DNA from: Octopus sinensis
Taxonomy: Eukaryota
Assembly (NCBI RefSeq): GCF_006345805.1
Contig: NC_042997.1
Coordinates: 202,554,001 to 202,618,000 of the forward strand
DNA: 64,000 bases
Reading direction: 5' to 3'
Both the position numbers and the translations under genes were made by a program. This document shows positions 40,594 to 53,337 of the stretch, in pieces. The notes under the pieces were generated by a model. That model made no database searches. It was not told the origin of the DNA and was given only the letters and a program-made list of their open reading frames with translations. Position 1 is the stretch's first letter. Each line of letters starts with the position of its first letter.

Positions 40594-41359
40594 TTAAAAA
40601 TAAATGATAGTCGTTTCCAATAACTACGCTATGTCAAGGTAAAGATACACAAAACAACCACACACTCACACACATATGATGGGCTTCTTTCAGGTTCCAT
40701 TTACCATATCCACTCATAAGGCTTCGGTCAGTCCCAGAGCTATAGAAGAAAACACTTGCCCAAGGTATCACACAATGGAAATGAACTTGAAACCATGTGG
40801 TTGGGAATCAGCCTTCTGAGCCACACTGCCATGCCTGTGCCTAAGATGTAATTAAGGCACTCCTTTTGGACCCTGTAAATTTTTATTTCTATTCATAAAC
40901 TTGTCTTCTAAGATCTTATGGTGTTGATGTCAACATCTTATATTATGTTGAATACTGGTAAGCTGACAAATGATATTTTGTCAGACCAATGAAAGTACCT
41001 CTGCGTGGCCACTTGATCTGCTAGAAATAGTAACCAGGTAAAGCTGTAAAGCTTCTGTAAACTGCAGCCTACCATTTAAAAAAAAAAAAGAAAAAAGGGA
41101 CATGGAATAATGTTATTCAAGTACACTATGCTTAAAAAAAAAAGCTAGATGGAATTGTCATGGTTGGAAAGTCTTTAACCATATTAGTCTGTTTAATCAG
41201 TGATAATTTTGGGCTAAACAACACCAGGAAGTTTTGCACTTGATCAATGAAAATAATGGATCATGTTTTCTGTATTCATCAGAGGAATTCTAGTTATGAA
41301 TTTGCTTAGGGAGTTTGTCAGTTGTTTCTTATTAGGTTTCTTTCTATTTAACCCCTTAA

Positions 41360-41557
41360 CCCTTTAGTTACCTCATTTCTGTTGAAATACAACTTCTTTA
41401 TTTGAGTTAATTTTTGAAAATTACAAAGGATATAGTAAAATGTTTTGTTTTTATTCATCTGATGTTTTGAATTAACATAAATTAACATGAAATTTTAAAA
41501 TAGGAAGTTTGTACCATAGTGTCACAGGCAGTCTCAAGTAGGTTTGTATCAAAAGGG
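41360..41557. mobile_element. piggyBac-type MITE, 198 bp
   Basis: TTAA|CCCTTT...AAAAGGG|TTAA. Related truncated copies lie at about 21357-21560 and 23724-23820. Confidence 0.8.
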
Positions 41558-44020
41558 TTAAGCCTTGATTCATGATCACGACATATTGTCCAGATTGTCA
41601 TACTGCACTCCCATACAATTCATCATCTACATCCTGGAATATGTAGTATGGTTCTCAACTAAGTGGAAATGTGGTATAAATAAGAAAAAGGATGTGTAGG
41701 TCATGCTTTTATCAATCGAACTCATATATGTGTCAAAGAACTGCTCATTCTGAGCTGCTAACCTAGGGTTATATAGCAACATCATCATCATCATCATCAT
41801 TTAATGTTTGCTTTTCCATGCTTGTGTAGGTCAAGTGGAATTTGTTGAGGCAAATTTTCTACACCCAGATGCTCTTCCTCTTACCAATCATCACCAGTTT
41901 CCATGCAAAATAATGTTTTCCTATTGTTAGACATGTTTTTTTTCATGGAAAACAGGAAACAAACAATCTTATTTGATGCTCATTTGCAACCAATTACGTG
42001 ATGTCAAGACAAAGGTACTTACAAACACACAGACACACCTATATCATCATCATTATCATCGTTCAACATCCGCTTTCCATGCTGGCATGGGTTGGATGAT
42101 TTGACTGAGGACTGGTGAGCCAGATGACTGCACCAGGATCCAATCAGATCTGGCAGAGTTTCTACAGCTGGATGCCCTTCCTAATGCCAACCACACCAAG
42201 AGTGTAGTAGGTGCTTATATATGGCAGGCTTCTTTCAGTTTCCATCAACCAAATCCACTCAAAGCTTTGGTTGAGCCTGTCCTATAGTAAGACACTTGTT
42301 CAAGGTACTGTGCCATGGGATCGAACCCAAGATCACATGGTTAGGAAGCAAGTTCTCACCCACTCAATGATGCCTGTGCCAAAAAATAAAACACATAAAT
42401 AAATGCAAAATTGTCAAAAAATAAATTCTCAGAACTTTAAATACTATAATATTTTTTCCTTTTTACATTCATTGATCTCCAGCAAATACTGTTTCATCTC
42501 TAAATGCTGATTATTGATTGATGTTGATTTTCTATAATCTTTAAAAGATTTGTTTTGTTATCTGAAGTTTTTGTGTTGATAAAATCCAATTCATTTCATA
42601 ACATTTTCTTTTGATTATTAAGATTATTTGTTATATTGTATTAATTAATGAATTGCATTCATTTTCCAATTTTCAGTTTAAAATTTGAGAAAGTGGTCTT
42701 CAGTTAAAACAAAAAGGTAAGGAACACCATTTATCCATAGTTTTTGTTTTCTTCAGGTAAACTTTAATTACATAATTCTGCTTATTACCTTCTTCATTCG
42801 TTAATTGTCATTCGGCTCAATTTCATCATCATTTCATTTAATACTCTTTTACTTGTTTCAGTCATTTGACTGCGGCCATGCTGGAGCACCGCCTTTAATC
42901 GAGCAACTCGACCCCGGGACTTATTCTTTTGTAAGCCCAGTACTTATTCTATCGGTCTCTTTTGCCGAACTGCTAAGTAACGGGGACATTAACACACCAG
43001 CATCGGTTGTTATGCAATGCTAGGGGGACAAACACAGACACACAAACACACACACGCATATATATATACATATATACGATGGGCTTCTTTCAGTTTCTGT
43101 CTACCAAATCCACTCACAAGGCTTTGGTTGGCCCGGGGCTATAGTAGAAGACACTTGCCCAATGTTCACTTTTTTATATTTGCACAGGTTAAACACAATT
43201 TGTTGAGGCAGATTTTCTGTGGGTGGATTCTCTTCACCTGTTTCCAATCAAGGTAATACTTTCCCATAGTGAGACATGCTTTTTATGGAATACTGAAAAC
43301 GAACAACCTCACTTATATGACAATAGATGCTCATTTACAACCCTCACATGGTGTCTGACATGGGCACACACAAACATACAGTAGGCTGCTTTCAGTTTCT
43401 ATCTACCAAATCTCTTCACCAGGACTTGGACAGCCCAGAGCTATAGCAGAAGACACTTGCCCAAGGTGCCACAGTTATATATTATTTACATATCTATAAA
43501 TTATTTTTCATGTTTTTTTTTTGATCCAGCACTATATCATCAGACATTTATTAAAATCTAGCAAAAGTTTATTTAAATATTCTTAGCCTTGTCTAACTCT
43601 ATCATAATAATATTTGAAAACCTTTAAAAGCCTACTTCCTACAAAAACATACAATGAGAAAATAAAAGTATAAATTAAAATTAAACTGCTTGGTAGAAAT
43701 TGCTTTTTATGTTTTATACTTCCAACTAGGTCATGCTCTCGTATTCTCTTGACCTACGAAGGTTACTACCACTTGTTAATACAATGAGAAATTTCTTAAA
43801 AATAGCTCACTTAAAATATCAATAACTTAACCGTAGTTGTAGTTAGCATTCTACATTGCATAAAAAAAAAGCTGTCTTATCTTGTATTTAATATCCCCCC
43901 CACCAAAAAAAAAACCCCCAGAAGCAACTAATATGGATTAATGACTTTATTTTAATTAACCATAGAGTTGATGTCTTATGTGACAGCTAATATATTTTGT
44001 CGTATGGATTGTCCTTGCAG

Positions 44021-44061
44021 GAAATGTGTCCTTATTTGAATGCCATAATCATGCATTTTAA
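44021..44061 (+). CDS. Candidate terminal exon (G)NVSLFECHNHAF*
   Basis: Acceptor gtccttgcag, phase 1 matching exon 33988-34033, and AATAAA at 44183. An alternative acceptor at about 43737 is equally plausible. Confidence 0.25.
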
Positions 44062-45489
44062 TTTGCTTTTACTTGAGGCTTGTACCTACATTGAGAGGCA
44101 AACAAGCCGAATATTCTTCAGAATGAAATTTGTTCTACATTGATTGCATCATACTCTCAACTGCAATAACATTGTAAACATTAATAAATCTTCTGACAGT
44201 GATTCTCACTCATTGTTTACTGACCATCATTGTGGATCTCAAAATGTATCTCGTTCATAAGTACTCTACATATGTTGCAGTGTCAAATTGTCATTGTTCA
44301 AATATCATTCAATCAATTTCATCTTTCTTTACTGACATATCATAATTCAAGACTTCTTTGTCCAGTTTATTCATATATTTTTAAAATAGCAAAAGTAGTT
44401 TTAGGGAAGGTGCATGGCCTAGGTGTCAAGGTATTGCATTCACAATTGCAAGTTTGTGGTTTCAGTACCCTAACTGGGCAGTGTGCTGTGTTCTCGAGCA
44501 AAACACTTTTTTACACATCACTCAGTTGTAAATGAATAACCCTATGATAGACTGGCCTCCTATCCAGGGGGAATGTTGTGATCTTGGTCACTTATATGCC
44601 ATGGAAACCAGCCCTATTTTATCCTAGGACTAATGTTCAGGGGTTGATAGTTTTAAGAATATTTGGCTGCTATTTTTTGCATATCTAGCAACTCTTTGGC
44701 TCATGATCTCCATAAAGAATGATTTCTACTAACACAGGCACATGGTCAGAAATTGAAGGAAAGGAACAGTTGATTATGCCAACCCCAGTATTTGACTGAT
44801 ACTTTATTGACCCCCACAAAGATAAAAGGTAATTTTGGTCTTGACAGGATTTGAACTCCAAACATAAAGTGCCATAGCTAAAAGTATTTTGTCCAATTTT
44901 GTTCAAGCTTTGATTTCAGAAAACATTAAATATATGAACAAATTACACCATCTCTGCACTCTCTCCATCATTCTGTGACCATTGGCGCTGGTACAACATA
45001 AAAAGCATTCAGTATTCTTTGTAAAGGATCTTAGTAACCCCACCCACAAAAAAACTTTCATAAATTTCAATCATTTTCACAAATGTAATGGAGCATTGTT
45101 CTCATATCTGTAATAGATTTCCTACTTCAAATACTGGCATCAGTTTGTCAATTAAAATATTCAGGAAACCATACTTGAAAAATTCTCCTTCACTTTTGGT
45201 TGTGATGACATCATCACTCTGCCTCTTTCAATGTTATAGCACCATCTGCTCTTCCAATCTTACCAGATTTGTTTCATTCGGGCTATGGTAGCTGTAGAAG
45301 AGACAAATACTGTAGCTGTTTCTCTTGTAAACAGTGTGTCTTCCTAAGCCCTGCAGTTTTCATTTGTATATATTTCTTAATAGCAGGGAGTTGGTGTTTA
45401 TCTGCAAGTCAGTTATGATTATTGCATTTATCAACTTTTTAGGGTAGGGACTACTTTCCATAATACATCTTTTATTTAAAATATTGTCA

Positions 45490-46110
45490 TCATCATCATC
45501 ATCATTTAACATTCGTTTTCCATGCTGGCATGGGTTGGATGGTTTGATCAGAGTTGGAGCCCACACCAGATCCCATTATCTGTTTTGGTATGGTTTCTAT
45601 GGCTGGATGCCCTTCCTAATGCCAACCACTTTACAGTATGTACTTTGTGCATTTTATGTAGTACCAGCACCAGTATCAAGTCTGCTGCGGTGGACAGGTG
45701 TTCTTCAGTACAATATTTCATCCCATGTCTTCTTAGGTCTCCCTCTTCCACAAGTTCCCTCCACTTTGATTTGCACTTCTGCATGCAACTGTCTACATCT
45801 ATACACATCACATGACCAAACCAGTGCAGTCTTCTCTCTCGCACACTGCATCTAATTACTCTTTTCTCTCAATGCATTAGCTGTCTGTCACACATGTACA
45901 GACATTGCATATCCAGCGGAGCATACTAATTTCATTCCTCTCTAACCCTCATGTTTTCTACATTCAGGGCCATCTTACATCCATGTAGCATTGCTATTCG
46001 TATACATACATCATACAATCTTCCTTTCCCCGAGAAGGAGACCTTTAGCTGCCAACAGATAAAAGCTCTCTGAAATTTCTCCATCTCATTCTTTTGATGC
46101 ATCCTCCCCA
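45490..46110 (-). pseudogene. 5'-truncated RTE LINE (ORF2 3' end plus tail)
   Basis: The supplied ORF 45548-45844 contains RERRLHWFGHVM. The upstream sequence matches 28900-29250, and there is a (GAT)n tail. Confidence 0.85.
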
Positions 46111-49100
46111 ACAGCTAGTAAAATGTAATTTGAGGGATTTTGGCTGTTATTTCTAGCTGATTTTGCATGTCATACTCTCTTATGCTATGTATTTCCACCA
46201 AAATACTAACCCCTTTCATCTGTTTTATTTGACAATGGTTTTTAAAAATTACTTCATTACCAGGATCTACCAACTGATAGTCTCTTCTTTCTGTGTTCAT
46301 GGTCACTATACTCTACAAATGACCACTAAATTATAAAGAGCTTATCCAGCCTAAGTCACTGTGATCGTGTTTGAAATCATCTCTCAAATCAAGATTTTAG
46401 TGAACTAAAACTGTTTTATTTCAAAGTATATTTTCTTGAGTCTTCAGTGAAATACATCTTATTTACAATCAAATTATCATCAATTGAATGTCTACTTTTC
46501 CATGCTTGTTCATTCAGGTAGATTTTCTACCACTGGATGCCCTTCTTCTTGCTAGCCTTCACCTGTAATATTTCTCCACGATCAGACATATTTTCACAGA
46601 ATATTGGAAATGAATGACACTCACTTACCACTACCACAAGACGTCAAACCAAGAAGACACAAATATACATATACAACTAGCCTCTTTCACTGCCAAATCT
46701 GCTCACAAGGCTTTAGTTGTCCCGGAGCTATAGTAGAGGACACTATCCCAAAGGTGTCATGCAGTGGAACTGAACTCAGAATCAAGCAGATGAAAAGCAA
46801 TTTTCTTGACCACACTGCCAGGCCTTCATCTATCTACAATCATATATGTGTGTGTGTGTATGTGAAGTTTCAATTATTTGTGTAAACAGTTTTTTGTCTT
46901 TTCACTGAAATACACAATAGAAATAACTTATTCTATGATCAACTTATCCTTTGTTGCTATGAAAACCCCAAACTCAGATAAAAATCATATTATGCCAACA
47001 GGCAGGCTATAGAAATATTGAACATGCTCTTTCATTGAACTGGGATAGATTTATATATCCCATTGTAGTTTAAAGCTACATTCCTCTCTACTGTGGTACC
47101 TGTCAGGTGAAGGGGATTTTAGTCGTGTGAGCTAGATGGTAACTCACTAGTGCTAGTGCCACAAAATATGCACCCATTATACTTGGTATACGAGTACGCA
47201 GGTATTTGAAAATTTCATGGCATGATCACCATGCCCTGTGTAGTTACGGGTTGCCCTTTAGCAAGGTATAGCACCTATTTAGCCACCAGGGATATGGCAG
47301 ATTGTGAAGAGGTAATGCAAGAGCTCAGCTGAGCCAACAGTGCTTCTTACATTGGTGCCTAGCAGAGGAATCCTAGATAAACAGTGAGGGTCACCAGGCT
47401 CTATCAAGAGGGTAACTGCAATGCATCCATGGTTGTGTAGTCAGCTAATGAAACATTTACTATGACTGAAGCTCCTAATTCAAATTCATAATAATGGAAA
47501 TGGATGGCAGCAACCATTGGAATATGCAAAAGCAGTGCAACTCAATATATATACCCAGTAAAATAGGTGTTGGGAAGGGCATCAAACCAATCCACGTCAG
47601 CATGGAGGACATTAAACGAGGATGATGATATTCAATCTAGTCTCTAATAAACTAGGTTACCAACTTCCTTGTTGCCTTAGGATTGTGCTGAACAGCATGT
47701 CAAAGCCTATAACACATTGAATTTGAGCTCCACAAACTTAATCTATTGGCTTTTTCCACCCTTCTCTACGTTGTTAATCTCAAGCACTCCCGAGACAGGT
47801 TATCATTTTTCACTTCAGCCTTTTTCATGTGCAAGTGCTGTGTAATGCATCTGATCAATGGAAATTTTGACTTCAGAAGGAATACTAACCTAGTCGGGAC
47901 ACATGAATCGCTTAAAATCCTTAAACTAACTACGAATACGAGGCCTTACAATTTCTCATGATCTTACATATGGCATCATTAAATCTGCAATATTGCTAAA
48001 AGATCATCCAAATGTCTAATGCTTTCTTGAACAGTTATAATCTACATTTAGAGTACTGTTTACACATCCGAGGCAGTGCTACAGCTCTGTTACAAAAAAG
48101 AGCTACTCTTTTTTGTACATTAATTAATGTGCAAAATTAATGGTTAGGGTTAAAAAAAAAAAGGCTACCAACTGATTGAGAGATGTTTATATATATAACC
48201 AATAATGCAAAGGCAGTTGTGTCTTATTCTTCTACTGAAAATAACGCCTGTTCAAACTCCACCACCCTCTCTTCTCTCACCATTCTTATTATGTTCCATC
48301 TCTCCTCCTCCTCCAAGGCTTAGATGAAATACTTTGTTCCATTTCTTCCATAACTATAAAATTTCTGTTACTGCTCTCTCTGCCCACGTTTTTTCCTGCA
48401 GGCATCAACCTATACAAAATCAATAGAACATCAAGCACACCAATTTGAAAGGATTTGCACAGTTTATAGGTGTCACCCTTATTCTTTAGACTAAATTTCT
48501 TTTTTTATAAATCAATCAAATAGCCAAAATCCAGCATCCCATTATATGTACAAATAGCAACTATTTCAGCTTCCTTCAGAATACAACTTACTTACTTACT
48601 TGATTAGAACTCTTTAAATCTGGTAGTAAAAGTAAAATTGAAGGTGGCTGCTTCAAAGAGTCATGAAGCTAATCTGTTAGTAAAGGAATAAGATATATAT
48701 ATATATATATATGTTTTCCCACGCATGCACATGATGCAGTTGTTGGATTGGTGACTCTTTTTTACTGGAAAAGAGGAATTAATTTTGTAACAAAATTTAT
48801 TGGTTAAAGTTTTGTATTATCATCAGTGTTGTTTAATATACAAGTACACTCTCTCACTGAGCTGTGGACATGAAATTAAGGTAATTTACGTTAAATTTCA
48901 TTATACAAGCGCTAAATGTTTGGTATAAAAAGAGAATCACTCGATACTGAGTAGATAAACGAACAAAAATAACTTATAAGATTTTGTAGTTTCGTTAACT
49001 TTACTCATCAAGAAACAATTGTTCTTAAATGATAATAAAGGTTATGTTTAAAGATATATTTACTATAAGTAGTGAGATCAGAATTATGTGATAAATGAAA

Positions 49101-49635
49101 CTGAAAATATTCATGTAATTTATCAATTCACGTAAAGACTTAGACCCACCAAATTGAGTTGGTTACCAAATATATTGATTTGTTATGACTAGCTGCATAG
49201 ATCGAGATATATTGTACAGGTAAATGGGATGTTATGATGTCCATGCTTTTTTTTTTTTTTTTGTTTTGGTCAAAACTATCAATTAGAAGGTTAAATGAAG
49301 CTAAATAGCTTTAAAGTAGGAAATGAAATCAAACAGCAAATGCCAAAACAATATTTAATTTATAATAAACCAGTGCTGTTTAAAATAATTATGAAATATA
49401 TTTTTTTTGATCACCATTAATTAATGTACAAATTGTATTTCGGAATTTTTAACCATAATGTTTTGTGTGTGTATATATACATAAAATATCTTTGCTCTGT
49501 CAGCCAGGAAATGAAAAGGAAATCTCGACATCGTGAATAAGTTTTCTTCCCTTGTAGACTATGGGTAATGATTCTCTCGTCAGCTTATACAAAACAGCTG
49601 CATTTGAAATGTATGTTGTGTTGTTCAGCTGAAAA

Positions 49636-49656
49636 ATGGCGGATAGAGAACATTTG
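49636..49656 (+). CDS. Candidate first coding exon MADREHL
   Basis: aaaaATGG context and donor TTG|gtaaat. A 111-nt intron with a branch-like tactaaa ends ctttgcag. Confidence 0.45.
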
Positions 49657-49767
49657 GTAAATGAAAGATTCAAATTTGTTCCGAGTTATGCCTTATATTA
49701 GAATTCATATGCATATACGTTAGTTTTGTTTACTAAATATAATCGTAGAAATGCTTTATCTTTGCAG

Positions 49768-49916
49768 TTTTTGAAAGAATCAAGTGATGTTTTTACGCCG
49801 AAAAACATTAATTGCTCTCCATAAAAATACCCACTGAAAGCGATGCTGTGATGGAAAAACACAAATTACTGAATGTTAGGGCACAAATTAACAAACATGT
49901 CGAAAAATCAATTATG
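49768..49916 (+). CDS. Candidate second exon with an apparent 1-nt deletion (FLKESSDVFTPKNINCSP / IKIPTESDAVMEKHKLLNVRAQINKHVEKSIM)
   Basis: Strong acceptor and ATG|gtaagt donor. It is 149 nt; one extra base near 49820 would give an open 150-nt phase 0-0 exon. Confidence 0.4.
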
Positions 49917-51527
49917 GTAAGTTTTAATTTCATTTAATAAATTTATTTAAGAAAACGTTTTTTTCTTTTATATTCGACTCGAGCTTAATTTATTATACTG
50001 ATGCTTGGGTTAAATGTAATTCCAATTGTGCTTTTGAATAACTGTGACACCAGTCTATATATATATATATACATATATAAAAAACATTTTGAATATTTAG
50101 AAACGTTTTAAGCCAAGCGTTTTACCATCGCCTGCCTTCAACAGATAAATCATGTCCTAAGAGGTACTGTTGAAGATGAATAGGTTAGAGCTACAAATAT
50201 GATAATGGAGAAGGTCATATTTCCGGCATTCTCTACACCTTCTTGTTTCACTTCGATTCACATGAATTTGATGAAAATATATATATACATATATATACCT
50301 ACATTATTAAACATTTATCGAATTTATCTGTACATAAACGAGCTCTGGTACAAAACGAAAATGAACGCATGGAAACAACATACACCCAATCTACCAATGA
50401 ATCATTTTTACATAAATGACAACTAAGATTAATTAAACTGAGTTAATTACCGATTTATTGTATATTTCATAAGCAATATACACAGCACACTTTACAATTT
50501 TTTTTTTACACATTCGGAGTTCCCTCACGTCTAGGATTAATATTTTACAAGCCAGATGAAGTAACTAACCAGTGATTGCTAAAATTAACTAAACTAATTT
50601 GATTACTAAATTATAATATATTTCATAAACAATATAACACTGTACTATAAATTTTTTTTAGACATTCGCTAAGTCCAGCATCTCTCATTTTCTATGTGAT
50701 ACCTTCCAATTTGTGTATCGGAGGTGTTTGATTAGGTACAGATTCGACAGCTTTACCTTAAAAACATAATTAGCTTTTGTGTGAGAATATGTCAAAAGTA
50801 TTAAGATTCGTTAAAACCGCGTTAAATTTCCATCCAGCCATTGATAGCCTCCCTTAGCATATGGGCTGAAGACATAATGAATGTCAGAATATTCATTTTC
50901 TACCAATATTTTAATTAGATACCCATTTAGAATTACTTAACAACACCTCATTACATCTAGAAAAACGTGTGCTGAAATAAAAACAGCTTTGTTAATTCTT
51001 CGACATGTAGACCATTCATTTCGATTCATATTTTCCAAGTCGATTAGATTATTATCAGCAACTGGAGTAATTTAGTTACAATGGTGTTTTTCTCTTTTCT
51101 CTATCTGCCAAAAATAAAGTGAATCAGCAAGGATGGCATCTCTTTATATGTGAAAGTTCATGTATGGAACTGCTCCGTAATCGTTCAATGTGCTAAAAAT
51201 AGCAGCAAATTTGCCCCCAAAAGATAACCTACCATCTTATAAAAGGATACGTTACATCTTGTAGTCTTCGGTTTGCCATACATTGCAGGGGGAAAAACGA
51301 TGAAATGGTCATTGTTGGGATGTTTTTGATCATCGGGTTGCTCTAACGTGTGGTTAAACAACACAATAGCTTAGCTTCATATTTGTTACGGTTTCAAATT
51401 CTAGCAGTGCTGCCCAATTCGAATTTTGGAACCAGGAAATGATGATCGGTTAGTAATTTTCTGATTTCGCTCATCAACACATGAAGATTGAAATCATAAT
51501 TATATTGAGAGCCATATTTATTTATAA

Positions 51528-51572
51528 TTAAATGAATATGTTCTTGACTGCACTTGCCTTACTGTATTCAAA
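51528..51572 (-). CDS. Candidate exon FEYSK(ASAVKNIFI*)
   Basis: Acceptor ctttattcacatctcag after a 108-nt intron. It could end at an AAG|gcaagt GC donor (51558) or run to the stop. Confidence 0.3.
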   Translation of the reverse strand, partial: FEYSKASAVKNIFI

Positions 51573-51680
51573 CTGAGATGTGAATAAAGCAAAGTAGATA
51601 CATTTTACCTTTACAATAATATCAACGTCGATGATACATATATATATGATTTTTAAACGAGCAAATTTTCTACACCTTAC

Positions 51681-51765
51681 CTCTTTAATACCAGAAAATC
51701 TATCATTTTCTTGATTCTGAAGTTGCATTACCTTCTTACTTAAATTACTGTTATTATTCAATAAC
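51681..51765 (-). CDS. Candidate exon LLNNNSNLSKKVMQLQNQENDRFSGIKE
   Basis: Donor GAG|gtaagg and acceptor ccaccag. Phase 2 to 0. Confidence 0.45.
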
Positions 51766-52572
51766 CTGGTGGTTTTTAAAGTAACACAAATTATTCTGTT
51801 TCTGTAAGATCCAAAAATTCCGCCAAGAAATGATCAATGAAGACAAAAGGTTATTTTCCCCCCTTTCATTTAAAGCTATTAACCATCTAAAACTACCTCT
51901 ATATATAACCAGCACAATATCTCAAAATAATCTCCACTAAATTGTGACAATTTATGGAAGACGAGTGTGTAATCAGCAATAGGAATGTTTGGACATTTCG
52001 ACAATCAAATACTGAGATCTATCTGCATATATATACATATACACAAAATGCTTACTGTAAAACCAGTGGACTAAATACTTTAGGTTTATCACTTCGCCCT
52101 ACATCTTGAATATTTGAAGCGCACACACACACATTTATATATATCTTTTTGTATATGGAGGCATTTACGTTTACTTTAACCGCATATTTTATATAAGTCA
52201 AATGCTATTTTTTATGTTAAATTTCCCGTTAAATAATTAGTAAATCCTAATTAGAATGAGGCAGAAATATGATCCCTCACTTCATAAGCGGATTGCTTCT
52301 ACTTCAATCATGGCTGGCTTCTGACTAGATTTTTCTCTTCAAAATTTCTTTTAAAATCATAATAAACATCTTCTTTACTTAGAAATACATAATAATTACC
52401 TTTATTAATAACATTATTATTATTATTTTACTAATAACTCTAATTTACAATATACAATTTAAACAGAAATCTCACATAGAACATTAGCAAAAAGGAATTT
52501 TTTTGTCTTTCATGTCATTATTTTTACACGATAATTATGAAAATAACCAACAATTCTCTTGTGTTTCCTCAC

Positions 52573-52586
52573 CAAATAATAGACAT
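52573..52586 (-). CDS. Candidate start segment MSII(W), phase-compatible with 51681-51765
   Basis: Donor TTG|gtgagg and an in-frame TAA just upstream of the ATG. Confidence 0.3.
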
Positions 52587-53119
52587 CGTTTAATTGATCT
52601 GATATTGATGTTTTGTGTTTCGTTTGGTCGACTTTATACCAATGTGTTTTAAGAACTCCTTAATATGGTTCTCTTGTCTCTGGTGCTTTGTGACTACCAT
52701 TATTATTATCATCATTCGTTGGTGGAGAGATAAAAATTCTCGATCAGATTCTTCGCGTGGGATACATCTCGAATCTGTTTTAAGCAAATTTATGGAGATA
52801 GAGTTATAGTATAAAGGTTTACATTAAATAATAGTTGTTCACAAGTAGTAAGTACTTCGATAAAACATCCGAGTCCGTCTTGTATTAATGGTTCTGGCTT
52901 CTTTGTAAAAGTCTTCACCTCCGTATCTCTGCAGTTGGTGCTTTGTCTTATTGATACCCCCCGATATAAATATAAATATACTTTGGTTAGATCTATGTTT
53001 TTTTGTTTGTTCTCTAATTCCCTCTTAACAACACTGGTTCCTGTTAATTACCTTTTTTTTTTTTGGTTCTACCAAAGCCATCCAGTGAGTGAAACGTACG
53101 AGTTGGAAACCAGTGAATG

Positions 53120-53240
53120 AATGTGCGCGTGCGTATGTGTGAGTGCGTGCGTGTGTGTGTGTGTGCGCGTTAGTTATCTGTTGTGTGCGCGTGTGTGTGT
53201 TGTAGTGTGTGCGTGTGGACGTGACTGCGCGCGTGTGTAT
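53120..53240. promoter_or_regulatory. CpG-containing (GT/GC)n alternating tract just upstream of a candidate start codon
   Basis: Direct read (gtgcgcgtgcgt...gactgcgcgcgtgtgt). The promoter role is inferred from position. Confidence 0.45.
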
Positions 53241-53272
53241 TAACTGGGTCATGTGGTACTCACTCAGGAAAC

Positions 53273-53337
53273 ATGGCTGACCAAAGTGAATCGGAAGAAC
53301 TGGACGCCGATCGAAAGTCTTTTTCTACTCATTTACT
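53273..53337 (+). CDS. Candidate first coding exon MADQSESEELDADRKSFSTHL
   Basis: aaacATGG Kozak context, an acidic N-terminus, donor CT|gtaagt and CpG-rich surroundings. Ends in phase 2. Confidence 0.6.

Noticed and set aside
42677-42716. Exon-like segment with a strong AAG|gtaagg donor
   Set aside because: All three frames contain stops, so it could only be non-coding or poison, and nothing else supports it.
45100-45300. Possible Penelope RT remnant (DDV...FLNILIDK) or a 28-nt - strand exon
   Set aside because: The motif match is too weak, and the two readings cannot be distinguished by eye.
49815-49830. Programmed ribosomal frameshift at CCA-TAA
   Set aside because: A -1 shift is needed, but there is no X-XXY-YYZ slippery heptamer in frame and no evident downstream structure. 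An indel or uORF is simpler.
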